A DNA stretch of 49,976 nt from the sequence record DRR723986_3131; one strand, written 5' to 3'. Shown here one piece after another: positions 39,664 through 48,371 of the stretch. Positions within the stretch are counted from its first letter, which is position 1; each line of letters opens with the position of its first letter. Made by a program: the position numbers and the translations under genes. The notes under the pieces were generated by a model that had not been told where the DNA came from, searched no databases, and saw nothing but the letters and a program-made list of their open reading frames with translations.

Positions 39664-40551
39664 TTAATCTTGACTCATACAACAGTCCTTAAACTTCTTT
39701 CCACTAACACAGGGACAAGGATCATTTCTCCCGATCGTTCTTTTCAAAGTATTATCACCATTCTGACTAGTTGCTAAATCGGTTTGAAAAACTTCAGATA
39801 GAACCTCATATAATTCAGGATGTTTTTCTTTGAAAAGCTTGGGTCGCTCAAAAAAGTACTCGCTTGCAACAGCCAGAAACTCCTGCTTATTTGTTGCTCC
39901 GTAGATATTGATATCGCTTCTTCCAGACAGCATTTCCTTCGTATTCTCAGAGATCAAATGCAGCCAAGGCAACACGGCCTGATTCTTCATAATTATCGTT
40001 GGGATACCATCGATATCTCCATCCTGCTTATCAAACAAATGCACAAATTCATGAATTCCCACATTCATTTTATCACTGGCATTCTCAAACCCCTGATGTA
40101 ATGCAGGCTTGGAAAAAATCACCACATGGTGCATCACGCCACCACTTCCCACCATACCTGAAATATTCCTTTCCTGCTCGCTAAAATCATATTTCTCGGT
40201 AAATAAATCCGGATATAAGAGCACCTCGTGCAAAGTGCTGTATTCCCAATCGGGAAAGGCGAATACCGGGATAACAGCACTGCTGGCCACTAAAAGCCGA
40301 TCTTCATCATCCACTGTAGTTTTGATACCGGTGATCCTCACTCGTTTTAAAAAACGTAGAATATCGGCTTCAAAAATAGCTTTATCCTCGTCGTCCAGTG
40401 AAGCGTAAAAATTCACTTCCTGAAGGAGATAAAGTCTCCATTTCTCAGGAAATACTTCCGGCGCATCATATCCACTTTTTATTTTCTTTGGCCGAAAAAG
40501 CAAATACAAAATTAGAGCAATGAATAACCCGACTAAAATTTTGGTGAACAA
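39664..40551 (-). CDS. MtfA/M90 zinc peptidase with C-terminal SEC-C motif
   Basis: 'HEFVH', 'YGATNKQEFLAVASEYFFE', 'GRNDPCPCVSGKKFKDCC'. Confidence 0.9.
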   Translation of the reverse strand: MFTKILVGLFIALILYLLFRPKKIKSGYDAPEVFPEKWRLYLLQEVNFYASLDDEDKAIFEADILRFLKRVRITGIKTTVDDEDRLLVASSAVIPVFAFPDWEYSTLHEVLLYPDLFTEKYDFSEQERNISGMVGSGGVMHHVVIFSKPALHQGFENASDKMNVGIHEFVHLFDKQDGDIDGIPTIIMKNQAVLPWLHLISENTKEMLSGRSDINIYGATNKQEFLAVASEYFFERPKLFKEKHPELYEVLSEVFQTDLATSQNGDNTLKRTIGRNDPCPCVSGKKFKDCCMSQD

Positions 40552-40590
40552 GAGAGTATGGTTTTGAATTATTAACGTATAAGTTTCTTA

Positions 40591-42507
40591 CTAATTCATC
40601 TTCACGAGATGCACAGCATGCCCACCTCCTGCAGCAAGTTTCACTTCGAGCTTACTTTCTGAATCAACTTCCAAATTCTTAATGGTATACGATTCCTTAT
40701 TTTCCAGAAAATGGGATTCAGCTGCATCTTCATAAAGTGTAGCCTTATACTTCCCTCCCTCTGGCAAAAAACCGAAATCCAAAGTAAGCGTTCTAGCTTC
40801 TCTGTTGGTAAGTGACCCTATAAACCAATCATCTCCTGACTGTCGAATTATACTCACATACTCGTCCAATTTCGCATCCAAGACTTTGAAACTATCGTAT
40901 TGACCAGGCATTCTTCGTATGATTTCAAAGAGATCATCCTTCTTCTTATATTCTTCGGGACTATCGGGCAGCACAGCCCATCCGGTGTAAACTGTAATTA
41001 ATTTGGCGACTTCAGCTACCACTGTACCTGGAATTTCTTCAAAAACTTTTGAACGCCCGATATGCGCAGAATTCAAACTAAACCAACCATTGCAAAGATC
41101 TAAAGGACCTGCAATCATGTTGATCAACGGTTGATTAACCGCCGTTTCAGGAAAATAGGATCGTTTGGCATCTGACTGAGAATGTCCAAACTCCTTGGTG
41201 ACAAGATTTGGGTAGGTCCTTCGATCTCCGCTTGGAGCGATTGGACTGTCATGGAAATCCACCATGAGCTTATACTTGGCACACAACTCTACCACCTTTC
41301 GAGTTTGCTCCACTTTATCTTCTGGTGTACCTTTCATAAATCCATATTTCACACCCTTGGCCCCCCAATCCGAAAACTGTTTCAGGACTCTTTCCAATCC
41401 AAATTTCTTAGCACCAATATCATTAAGATATAGGATGATCCCTATATTTTTGGCCTTTGCATATTCCATGCATTCTACGATGTCAATCCCCTCCTCTGAT
41501 GTCGTCGGATCGGATGCATCACTGAACTCAGAACCATACCAATCTGCATCTATAAGCATGTATTGAACATTGTTTTCAGATGCGAATTCAATCATTCTTT
41601 TGTGAGATTCTGTATTTGGACCATATACAAAACCATCTTCAGCCGTGTATCCCCAGACTCGCCAATCCCACATCGACCTACCCGGCTTTATCCATGAAGT
41701 ATCTTCGATTTTATTCGGTTCATTTAGATTTACCAACAAGTCAGACTCCACTAAATCACCTACTCTTTCACCTAGCATAAATGCCCTCCACGAAGTGCTG
41801 AAGGCATTGGATTGGCTGGAATAGGATGTGTTGAATTGTAAGGAATTGGTATTGGAAGAGGCGTTGATGGAAAATGGAGCCAAATCCAAAATAGCTCCCT
41901 CATGAATAGCAAGAAAACTGTCTGAGCTAAACTGCATCACAAAGGGTGGCTCCACTTTCTCCATATGTTTCGCTGAACGACGTATCGGTCCTAGGTTGTG
42001 ATGCTCATGATTGTAAGCCCAATAGTCAAAATCACGCTGGAAATTGAGTTCTGTCAATTCCTTTTCGACTTGTAAACTATCACCTATAGCATCCTTTGAA
42101 AAGACATACTGGTAAGCAAAACCTCTGTCGTAAATTCTAACTACGAGTTCATAAAAATATTGAGGTTGATCCAGCTTACTTACTTTTACCTGATATTCAT
42201 TGTAATGATTTCTCACCAATTTCTGCTTGCCGTTGACCGTTTCCCAAGTTTCATCAAATTCATTACTGGATAGTTCAGAAATAACTACATCCCGAGTAAA
42301 ATCAATACCATTTACCATCAACCCTAATGTGGACTCCTTGAGTAAAGTATCTCCTTTGAAAACTGCTAGGAATGAACTTTCATTTGAGGCATTAAGTAGG
42401 CTGATTCTCAAATCATCATTCGGTGATCGAAAATCCAGGAATTCATCAGAAGTGCAGGAGGATAAGAAAACAGCTGCCGCTATCAGCAGGCTAGGTATAA
42501 GCTTCAT
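40591..42507 (-). CDS. Glycoside hydrolase family 97 lipoprotein (atypical catalytic motifs)
   Basis: 'NLNEP', 'SWIKPG', 'AGPLD', C-terminal 'LAAGGG'. Confidence 0.88.
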   Translation of the reverse strand: MKLIPSLLIAAAVFLSSCTSDEFLDFRSPNDDLRISLLNASNESSFLAVFKGDTLLKESTLGLMVNGIDFTRDVVISELSSNEFDETWETVNGKQKLVRNHYNEYQVKVSKLDQPQYFYELVVRIYDRGFAYQYVFSKDAIGDSLQVEKELTELNFQRDFDYWAYNHEHHNLGPIRRSAKHMEKVEPPFVMQFSSDSFLAIHEGAILDLAPFSINASSNTNSLQFNTSYSSQSNAFSTSWRAFMLGERVGDLVESDLLVNLNEPNKIEDTSWIKPGRSMWDWRVWGYTAEDGFVYGPNTESHKRMIEFASENNVQYMLIDADWYGSEFSDASDPTTSEEGIDIVECMEYAKAKNIGIILYLNDIGAKKFGLERVLKQFSDWGAKGVKYGFMKGTPEDKVEQTRKVVELCAKYKLMVDFHDSPIAPSGDRRTYPNLVTKEFGHSQSDAKRSYFPETAVNQPLINMIAGPLDLCNGWFSLNSAHIGRSKVFEEIPGTVVAEVAKLITVYTGWAVLPDSPEEYKKKDDLFEIIRRMPGQYDSFKVLDAKLDEYVSIIRQSGDDWFIGSLTNREARTLTLDFGFLPEGGKYKATLYEDAAESHFLENKESYTIKNLEVDSESKLEVKLAAGGGHAVHLVKMN

Positions 42508-42937
42508 AAATAGATTGGCCGGTTAGGGAAATTCATCTTTCAGCAAATAGTAGCAGAAAGTCTAAAGGATAAACATACAAAATCTTAAAATCAACAGCGG
42601 CTAAGGTTTTATCAAAAGCAACTTGTCCTTTATAAAAAATACATGGTTTCTTAGCTACAACAGTACTGGATTTCAGCCAGTTGATCTGTAGTTTTATTTC
42701 AATAAAAAAGAATGAAATTCCTCGCCGTTGCCGGATCAACGGTTTTCTTTTCGCACCTGATCCTATTTACATTCCAACACATTCTTGAGTTAATGTTATT
42801 TTCCTTTACAGGTAGATTAGGATAAAAATATCTTAAACAGTTGTTAGGCAAAAACCTGAATAATTCACTGGTACACCTTATCAGTTTAAAGAATTAATAG
42901 AGCCTTATTGGTTTTATATTAACACCAAACTCCTTAG

Positions 42938-43531
42938 CTACTTAAAGACCTTAAAATTGAAAACCAATTTCTTGGTTTGTATCAGAGTCCGCCAGTCTAT
43001 AAAAAATAGGCAAAAAAGCAGGAAAAAGGCTAATAATAGACTTGCCAATGATTTCCAAGAAACCGCATTATCGATTATAGCCTGGACATTTTCTGCAGCA
43101 TAGGCACCCAAAAACAAGGCAAGCGTATCGCTAGTAAATTTACCTATCAGGAAAGCAGGAATAATATACTTGGGTTGGATTTTTGAAATCCCTCCACCCA
43201 GAAATAGCGGAGTGGTGGGAAGTGGCAACAAGGAATAAACAAGCACCAACAGTTGTCCCTTCCACACATTCTCTTTCATTTTTTCACCAAGAAACTGAAT
43301 GTCATTATTCTTAGACTCTTTCAGGTATTTCTTGGCAAGAAATGGGGTATAGAGCAGAAGAATATACCTGCCTAAAACAGATCCCACCACACCTATCACC
43401 ACTACCAACCAGATATTGAGCTTAAATATGATTTGGAGGAAAACCATAATCGTAAATGCCGGCAGAAACGGAAAAGGGACGATATCAAATAAAAGTGCAC
43501 CTATAAATACCAAAAGATATTGCCACCACAT
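42938..43531 (-). CDS. Multi-pass membrane protein (DedA/VTT-like)
   Basis: Hydrophobic; 'PFPFLPAFT', 'GSVLGRY', 'PLPT'. Confidence 0.7.
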   Translation of the reverse strand: MWWQYLLVFIGALLFDIVPFPFLPAFTIMVFLQIIFKLNIWLVVVIGVVGSVLGRYILLLYTPFLAKKYLKESKNNDIQFLGEKMKENVWKGQLLVLVYSLLPLPTTPLFLGGGISKIQPKYIIPAFLIGKFTSDTLALFLGAYAAENVQAIIDNAVSWKSLASLLLAFFLLFCLFFIDWRTLIQTKKLVFNFKVFK

Positions 43532-43624
43532 GCTTTATGAGTTTTGATTTATTAGTAATTACATATCTGCAATGATGCCAGTAACAGTAACATCTTCGTT
43601 TGCTGGCCTGAAGACCGATGACTG

Positions 43625-43700
43625 AAGCTGCCCCAATGCTTGCTTTAGCTTCCCCTTTTATTGCTTTGAGTTCCCTACTGGCAGGGAAGAAGGTCGACAT
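43625..43700 (-). pseudogene. Possible CsbD/YjbJ-family remnant
   Basis: One minus frame reads GNSKQ*KGKLKQALGQL, resembling CsbD 'GNWKQxKGKxKQxWGxL'. It has an internal stop and is out of frame with ATG 43700. Confidence 0.3.
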
Positions 43701-43833
43701 ATAATAAACAATCTATATGTTATGTTTTGCTGGGAATTTACGGAATTCTAAAATAGCAAGACCAAGTAGATTAATTGAGCTTAGGTCCGCTATCCAGATC
43801 TACATATTCTAAAAAACCGGATTTGATACGACA

Positions 43834-44085
43834 TTAGTAATTCAACTTCCGTTCTTTTAAAAGCTCTTTTAAAGCTTTATCATTTTTAGAATTATTGAAT
43901 AGCTTGAATGCAAAAATCAGCGGGATTAAAGTGAATAACCCTATGGTGTTTTTCCAGATGCTAAAAATTATCACCCCAATCATAACCCCAATAAAAAGCG
44001 CATTTATCAAGGAATTCGTTTTCGCTTTTTTAGCCTTGTCTAGCAGTTCCTGATCTGTTAATGCAGATAGTTCTTCTTTTGTCAT
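43834..44085 (-). CDS. Small conserved membrane protein (83 aa)
   Basis: 'LTDQELL..KK', two TM segments, 'ELLKERKL'. Confidence 0.75.
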   Translation of the reverse strand: MTKEELSALTDQELLDKAKKAKTNSLINALFIGVMIGVIIFSIWKNTIGLFTLIPLIFAFKLFNNSKNDKALKELLKERKLNY

Positions 44086-44166
44086 TTGGTAGTTTTCTGA
44101 TTATGGTTAGAAAAATAAGACTTATGCGTGGTAACCCAAGAGCAAATTTCAATAGATAAAGTTCTA

Positions 44167-44748
44167 TTACCTAAACTGCTTAGGTTTTAGATTATCACGA
44201 GCACTTTCCGCAATTTCCGCAATTCTCTTTTGCCTTGTTTCTGGTCTTTTGGCAGAAAGCACCCAATGCAGTAATAGCTTCTTGTTGGATTTACTAAGGC
44301 TATCAAAGTACTCAAAGGCACCTTGATGATTTGCTAGTTCTTTCTTTAAATCTTCCGGAATTACCAATGCTTCAATTTCATCCAAAATTTCCCAAGACCC
44401 GTTTTCTTTGGCAACTTCAATACTTTTATAGCCTGCTTCCGTCATACGTCCTTGATCAATTAAAGCTTTTACTTTATCCTTATTTATCTTGGACCAATTA
44501 CTTTTTGCTTTTCGCTTGCTGAAATACTGCATGAATTTCTCACTGTCAATTGGCCTTCTGGTGCTATCAATCCAACCAAAGCAAAGTGCTTCATCAACTG
44601 CCTCGCTCCAACTTAGGGTAGTAACTTCTGATGATGCTTTATAATATACAAGCCAAACAGACTGTTGTGACTGATGATTTTTCAATAACCATTCACGCCA
44701 ATCTGTTCGGCTTGTAGGGCAATATGTTTCTGGTTCCTTGTTAGGCAT
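44167..44748 (-). CDS. YdeI/OmpD-associated family protein
   Basis: 'WREWL..NH', 'EALCFGWIDS', 'WSKINK', 'AKRPETRQKR'. Confidence 0.92.
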   Translation of the reverse strand: MPNKEPETYCPTSRTDWREWLLKNHQSQQSVWLVYYKASSEVTTLSWSEAVDEALCFGWIDSTRRPIDSEKFMQYFSKRKAKSNWSKINKDKVKALIDQGRMTEAGYKSIEVAKENGSWEILDEIEALVIPEDLKKELANHQGAFEYFDSLSKSNKKLLLHWVLSAKRPETRQKRIAEIAESARDNLKPKQFR

Positions 44749-44859
44749 TATGTTTTCAATTGTCTAAGGATTGGGTATTTGAGGTGACCTAAAAGATATT
44801 CTAAAATTTAAAGATTATTTTGGCCAATAAATTCTACTAATCCTCATATTCACAGCTAC

Positions 44860-45363
44860 TTAATATTGGATCAAATTTAATAATGATAGTTTTTCCTTTA
44901 TTTCAACATTCTTTAATCCAAGAGTCTTTGCTATAAAGTCCGTGAAGAATATTTTATGACCGTCATTAAGAACAATTTCCGTGTAATTGTAAAAGAAGGT
45001 TGGTAGAGCATACGTCATATTTTCCTCGTCCCATTGTCCCTTATACCTAATGATTTTATTTATGTCTTTAAATCGAAATTCTTTTTCAAGCTTACCATTA
45101 TTCTCAATTCTAATTGTCTGCTTTGAATGGTTTACTATAATTTTTTTCCTTCTGTCATTCAGTTTGTATTGAAAATGTAAAACCAATTGAGGTAGTGCTA
45201 ATAATAGAAAACCAAACCCTAAAAAAAGTCCAATATCTTCTTTAGTTGCGAGAAAGTAAATAAATCCACTAAGTGCCCCAATGTGAAAAATAATTGATTT
45301 TCTAAAAACTCTCCATTCATTTTTTGGGTCAAAATCAAATTCTATTTTAAAGTCTTGCCCCAT
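44860..45363 (-). CDS. Cassette 6: hypothetical membrane protein (2 TM + PH-like domain)
   Basis: ATG 30 nt after box GTTATCCTCAAC; two hydrophobic segments. Confidence 0.7.
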   Translation of the reverse strand: MGQDFKIEFDFDPKNEWRVFRKSIIFHIGALSGFIYFLATKEDIGLFLGFGFLLLALPQLVLHFQYKLNDRRKKIIVNHSKQTIRIENNGKLEKEFRFKDINKIIRYKGQWDEENMTYALPTFFYNYTEIVLNDGHKIFFTDFIAKTLGLKNVEIKEKLSLLNLIQY

Positions 45364-45392
45364 GTTTTAATCGATTCTGTGTTTTTTTCAAA

Positions 45393-45617
45393 GTTGAGGA
45401 TAACGACCCAAGCTTAGCAAGCTCCGATAAAGCTAATGTATCTGCCGGTACTCCCAAAGTATCCAAGTAGCACAGTGCACATAAAGATGATAAATCCTTT
45501 GAGCTGAGCTTAGTAGAACGTACCGATTTTTACCAACCCCAGATTCTTGGTGAAGTTCGCACTGAAATCTGAAAAGTGGCAGTTGGCGCATTCCCCCTCA
45601 GCGATTGTTAGCAAATG
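45393..45617. repeat. attC-like site 5 (tandem, degenerate double site)
   Basis: Plus-strand boxes GTTGAGGATAAC (45393), ATTTTTACCAAC (45526), GTTAGCAAA (45607); stem AAGCTTAGC/GCTGAGCTT. Confidence 0.6.
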
Positions 45618-45619
45618 TA

Positions 45620-46009
45620 TTATGTCGCACGTTTTCTTTCCCGAATTTCGATTGCAATGAGTGTAAAGACAGTAGCGACCAATGGTATTAGGCCGAATGC
45701 TCTGTTCATTTCTCCCTTCGCTCCTTTCTCAAAAATCCCCAATATCATGGGTTCGCTACCAATCGCAACAGGCCCAAGTTCGTAAATTGCAATGTAGACG
45801 AGCATTCCAATTAACATGGTGTTCGCCGTTGTTAAATGTTTTCTAAAGAATAGGCTGAGTAGGATCCCAATAGTTAACTGGATTAAAAGAAATATTCCAA
45901 GTAAAAAAGGAGCCATACCTACTTCTCCACCTGGCAAGTTGGTCGTTCCAATCCAAATCATGAAGAATACAATTGTTAAGCCTGCTTGAAGAAAAATGTA
46001 TTTTATCAT
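45620..46009 (-). CDS. Cassette 5: hypothetical 4-TM membrane protein
   Basis: 129 aa, hydrophobic; flanked by exactly complementary GTTAGCAAA/TTTGCTAAC. Confidence 0.7.
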   Translation of the reverse strand: MIKYIFLQAGLTIVFFMIWIGTTNLPGGEVGMAPFLLGIFLLIQLTIGILLSLFFRKHLTTANTMLIGMLVYIAIYELGPVAIGSEPMILGIFEKGAKGEMNRAFGLIPLVATVFTLIAIEIRERKRAT

Positions 46010-46032
46010 GAGTTCAGTTCTCTGTGCAAGGA

Positions 46033-46095
46033 ATGTTTGCTAACTGTTTGCCTATAGTGCGTATCCCGCAGGGTATGCACTATAACCGTTGTGGC
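46033..46095. repeat. attC-like site 4
   Basis: TAAC...TATAGTGCGTATCC-cgca-GGGTATGCACTATA...GTTG; 14-bp stem with 2 G:T pairs on +. Confidence 0.8.
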
Positions 46096-46823
46096 TAGAT
46101 TTTTATTTTTAAATACTCTCCTATTTCAGAGAATCTATATTTCAATTCAATTATTGGTGTTAATGGTTTCATCACATGAGGTAGCCGGCATTCTTCTATT
46201 ATTTCAATGGAGTTCGGATAAAGGGCAAATTGATTTAGATTAAAGGTGTTGTCGCACTCATTATAATATTCAATCGCAGAATCATATTCATCTTGAGTTA
46301 ATCCCCAATCAGAGTCGTTAAGAACATCTTTAAGTTCAAGGCTTGCTTCATTATACTGCTCCTTTTTGTCTTTGAAAACCATTTCCCTGAATAACCCTGT
46401 AGTGTCAACAATCGAGTTAATATCAAGCCATTTTCCCGTTTGTGTCGAATAATTGAAATAATCTGTCCAACTAGTGCAATACGCTCCACAACCTTCGGCA
46501 CTTACGTTGATTGATAGAATTCCATTTTGATTGTAAGTAACTTGAAAGCCAAGAAAAACAATTTGGTCTCCTGCCCATCTTGTCAGAGTCGAATCAAGAT
46601 TGTCCGTTGGATATTCGTTGTCTGTAAAGCGATTCTTTAGGTCGGTATTTATCAATGAGTCTACTTTCTTATTACCTGAACTAATAATTGGAAAATTCAT
46701 CTTGTCAGATTGAATATCCTTAAATCGCTCACTTTTCTCAAGTCGAAATGTGTCGATTTGAACGCTTTGTCCAAAGGCAATTGTTCCTATGAACAACAAT
46801 ATTATCGTTAGGATTCTCTTCAT
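46095..46823 (-). CDS. Cassette 4: secreted protein, DUF4163/DUF3298 (PdaC/RsiV-like)
   Basis: Signal peptide MKRILTIILLF; 'VTYNQNGILSINVSAEGCGAY...YFNYSTQTG'. Start moved to ATG 46823. Confidence 0.6.
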   Translation of the reverse strand: MKRILTIILLFIGTIAFGQSVQIDTFRLEKSERFKDIQSDKMNFPIISSGNKKVDSLINTDLKNRFTDNEYPTDNLDSTLTRWAGDQIVFLGFQVTYNQNGILSINVSAEGCGAYCTSWTDYFNYSTQTGKWLDINSIVDTTGLFREMVFKDKKEQYNEASLELKDVLNDSDWGLTQDEYDSAIEYYNECDNTFNLNQFALYPNSIEIIEECRLPHVMKPLTPIIELKYRFSEIGEYLKIKI

Positions 46824-46863
46824 TTTCTTATGGAACAAAATGGTGCGGGTATCCATTTTTTTT

Positions 46864-46930
46864 ATGCACGCCAACGTTTGGCTATGAGCAGTAGCGTCTC
46901 ACGGGCGCTATTGCTTATAGGTTTTGTGCA
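46864..46930. repeat. attC-like site 3
   Basis: CAAC...CTATGAGCAGTAGCGTC-tcacg-GGCGCTATTGCTTATAG; 17-bp stem with 3 G:T pairs on +. Confidence 0.8.
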
Positions 46931-47493
46931 ACGTATTTTTTTGCTTCTTTTAATCCTTTCTCATATTCTTTACCGTCACGATTTTCGTCTATTACAGTAA
47001 TCCTCAAGTCAATTAATTCACCGTTATCCTTTAAAAAGAAAAATTTATAGTCTACCACTCCTGTTAAAATCATTGATACAAGAACTCCTTTCTCGTCAGT
47101 GGGAGAGATGTTAGGGTATTCATTAAATGCGATTACTTTTTTAAAATCATTGGTATTTGCTTGGTAGATGTATAGGTTATATGTTTCATTTGCTCTCGCA
47201 CCACTCCCTTGGTAAATGAGAATATCGTTGAATCCGTCAGAGTTCATGTCTTCAAACCGATTTTCAAAATACCCGTTGTAAATAGAAATAGAATCTTTTA
47301 TGATCTCTTGTCCGTTCCGGAATAAGATTATTTCAGTATTCGGTCTCGCCACGTCCATCTCATAATCCGAAAATACTTTAAGCTCAAATTGCGTTTCGCT
47401 CATCGTCCACTTAACTACGTTAATATCCTTTTGTGCATAGCAAGCAACACCTATTAAAATAAGAATTAATGACATAGATATTTTTTTGGTCAT
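46915..47493 (-). CDS. Cassette 3: secreted XAC2610-related protein
   Basis: Signal peptide; 'FEDMNSDGFNDILI...GARANETYNLYIY' Ca-binding-like motif. Start moved to ATG 47493; stop lies inside attC3. Confidence 0.55.
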   Translation of the reverse strand: MTKKISMSLILILIGVACYAQKDINVVKWTMSETQFELKVFSDYEMDVARPNTEIILFRNGQEIIKDSISIYNGYFENRFEDMNSDGFNDILIYQGSGARANETYNLYIYQANTNDFKKVIAFNEYPNISPTDEKGVLVSMILTGVVDYKFFFLKDNGELIDLRITVIDENRDGKEYEKGLKEAKKYVAQNL

Positions 47494-47559
47494 ATGCTCC
47501 AACGCTCTTCTTATGCGTATTGTCCTGAAGGGAATTGCGTATTGGTCTTCTTGCCCCAT
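47492..47559. repeat. attC-like site 2
   Basis: CAAC...TATGCG(t)ATT(g)TCC-tgaa-GGGAATTGCGTA...CTTGCC; 3 G:T pairs and two extrahelical bases on +. Confidence 0.7.
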
Positions 47560-47564
47560 GATTC

Positions 47565-48221
47565 TCATTTCATCTCTATTCTTTTTGGAGTCACTGCTCC
47601 ATCGGCAGAACGAAAATCGAATGTTACCAGATTTTCATTTTTTTCAATGTTTTCGAATAAATCTGTCAATCTCAAAACTTGATTCTCACTTATAGAATTA
47701 TCAATTTGTTTAGGTGCAAATTCAAGTATATTTTTTTTATCTGTCAAATGATCTAATAAAACTAAAGAAGTGAATGTACTGTCGGAAAAATAAAGCAAGT
47801 AGTCTTTCTCTATGTCGCCCCAAACAAATTGCTCATGGGGGATTCTCTTTATTTCCTTTCCTATTTCTTTGTTTATAAAAACCATATCTGGTGATGCACA
47901 ACATCCACTAATCCATTCGTACTGAAACAAGAGGTAGTTTTTGTACTCTTTCAAAAAACCAAGGCCTGCTCTTTGACAACCATATACCGTTTCATTTTCA
48001 CAAGATTTGAGAATCACTTTTTCCTTATTCTCAAATGTCAACCAAGAAGAATCACAGTTCCATTGCCAATAAAGTCGAGAGCCATTTTGAAAATTTTGAA
48101 TTTCACATTTATATCGGTTCTCTTCCACAATTTCCATACTGTCACAAGCGCACTCTAACTGTTGCGAAAACATTTGGAAGCTTGTTAGAAATAAAGCCAA
48201 AATAAAGATTGTCCTTTTCAT
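47565..48221 (-). CDS. Cassette 2: Cys-rich secreted hypothetical protein
   Basis: Signal peptide MKRTIFILALF; 'LYWQWNCDSSWLTFEN', 'SGCC'. Start moved to ATG 48221. Confidence 0.7.
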   Translation of the reverse strand: MKRTIFILALFLTSFQMFSQQLECACDSMEIVEENRYKCEIQNFQNGSRLYWQWNCDSSWLTFENKEKVILKSCENETVYGCQRAGLGFLKEYKNYLLFQYEWISGCCASPDMVFINKEIGKEIKRIPHEQFVWGDIEKDYLLYFSDSTFTSLVLLDHLTDKKNILEFAPKQIDNSISENQVLRLTDLFENIEKNENLVTFDFRSADGAVTPKRIEMK

Positions 48222-48225
48222 TTTA

Positions 48226-48365
48226 ATGTTTGGCAACGGTTTCGGGCTTGGCGCTCGGGCGGGTTTCGGAGCACAAAACTGTCAACCTGCACTTAACTTG
48301 AATAGAAGTAGAAAGCTCCAAGTTTCAACTTCACCCCGTCTGACGCAAAACCCGTGTTGGGGCAT
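48226..48365. repeat. attC-like site 1 (long, 140 bp)
   Basis: CAAC...CGGGCTTGGCG-c-TCGGGCGGG ... CCCGTCTGA-CGC-AAAACCCG-t-GTTG; G:T pairs on +, long variable centre. Confidence 0.8.
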
Positions 48366-48371
48366 CGTTTT

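Noticed and set aside
42720-42765. GC-rich hairpin CCGTTG/CAACGG upstream of GH97 as a riboswitch
   Set aside because: Only a 6-bp stem; no recognisable aptamer consensus.
42771-42850. CCAAC...GTTAGGCA pair as a further attC site
   Set aside because: Orientation fits, but there is no convincing internal stem and it lies about 90 nt from the nearest stop codon.
44741-44749. GTTAGGCAT matching a classical attC core
   Set aside because: It is simply the first codons (ATG CCT AAC) of the YdeI gene, with no associated hairpin.
45393-48365. Spacer palindromes as CRISPR repeats or terminators
   Set aside because: They are not identical, are separated by whole genes, lack U-tails and fold better on the non-coding strand.
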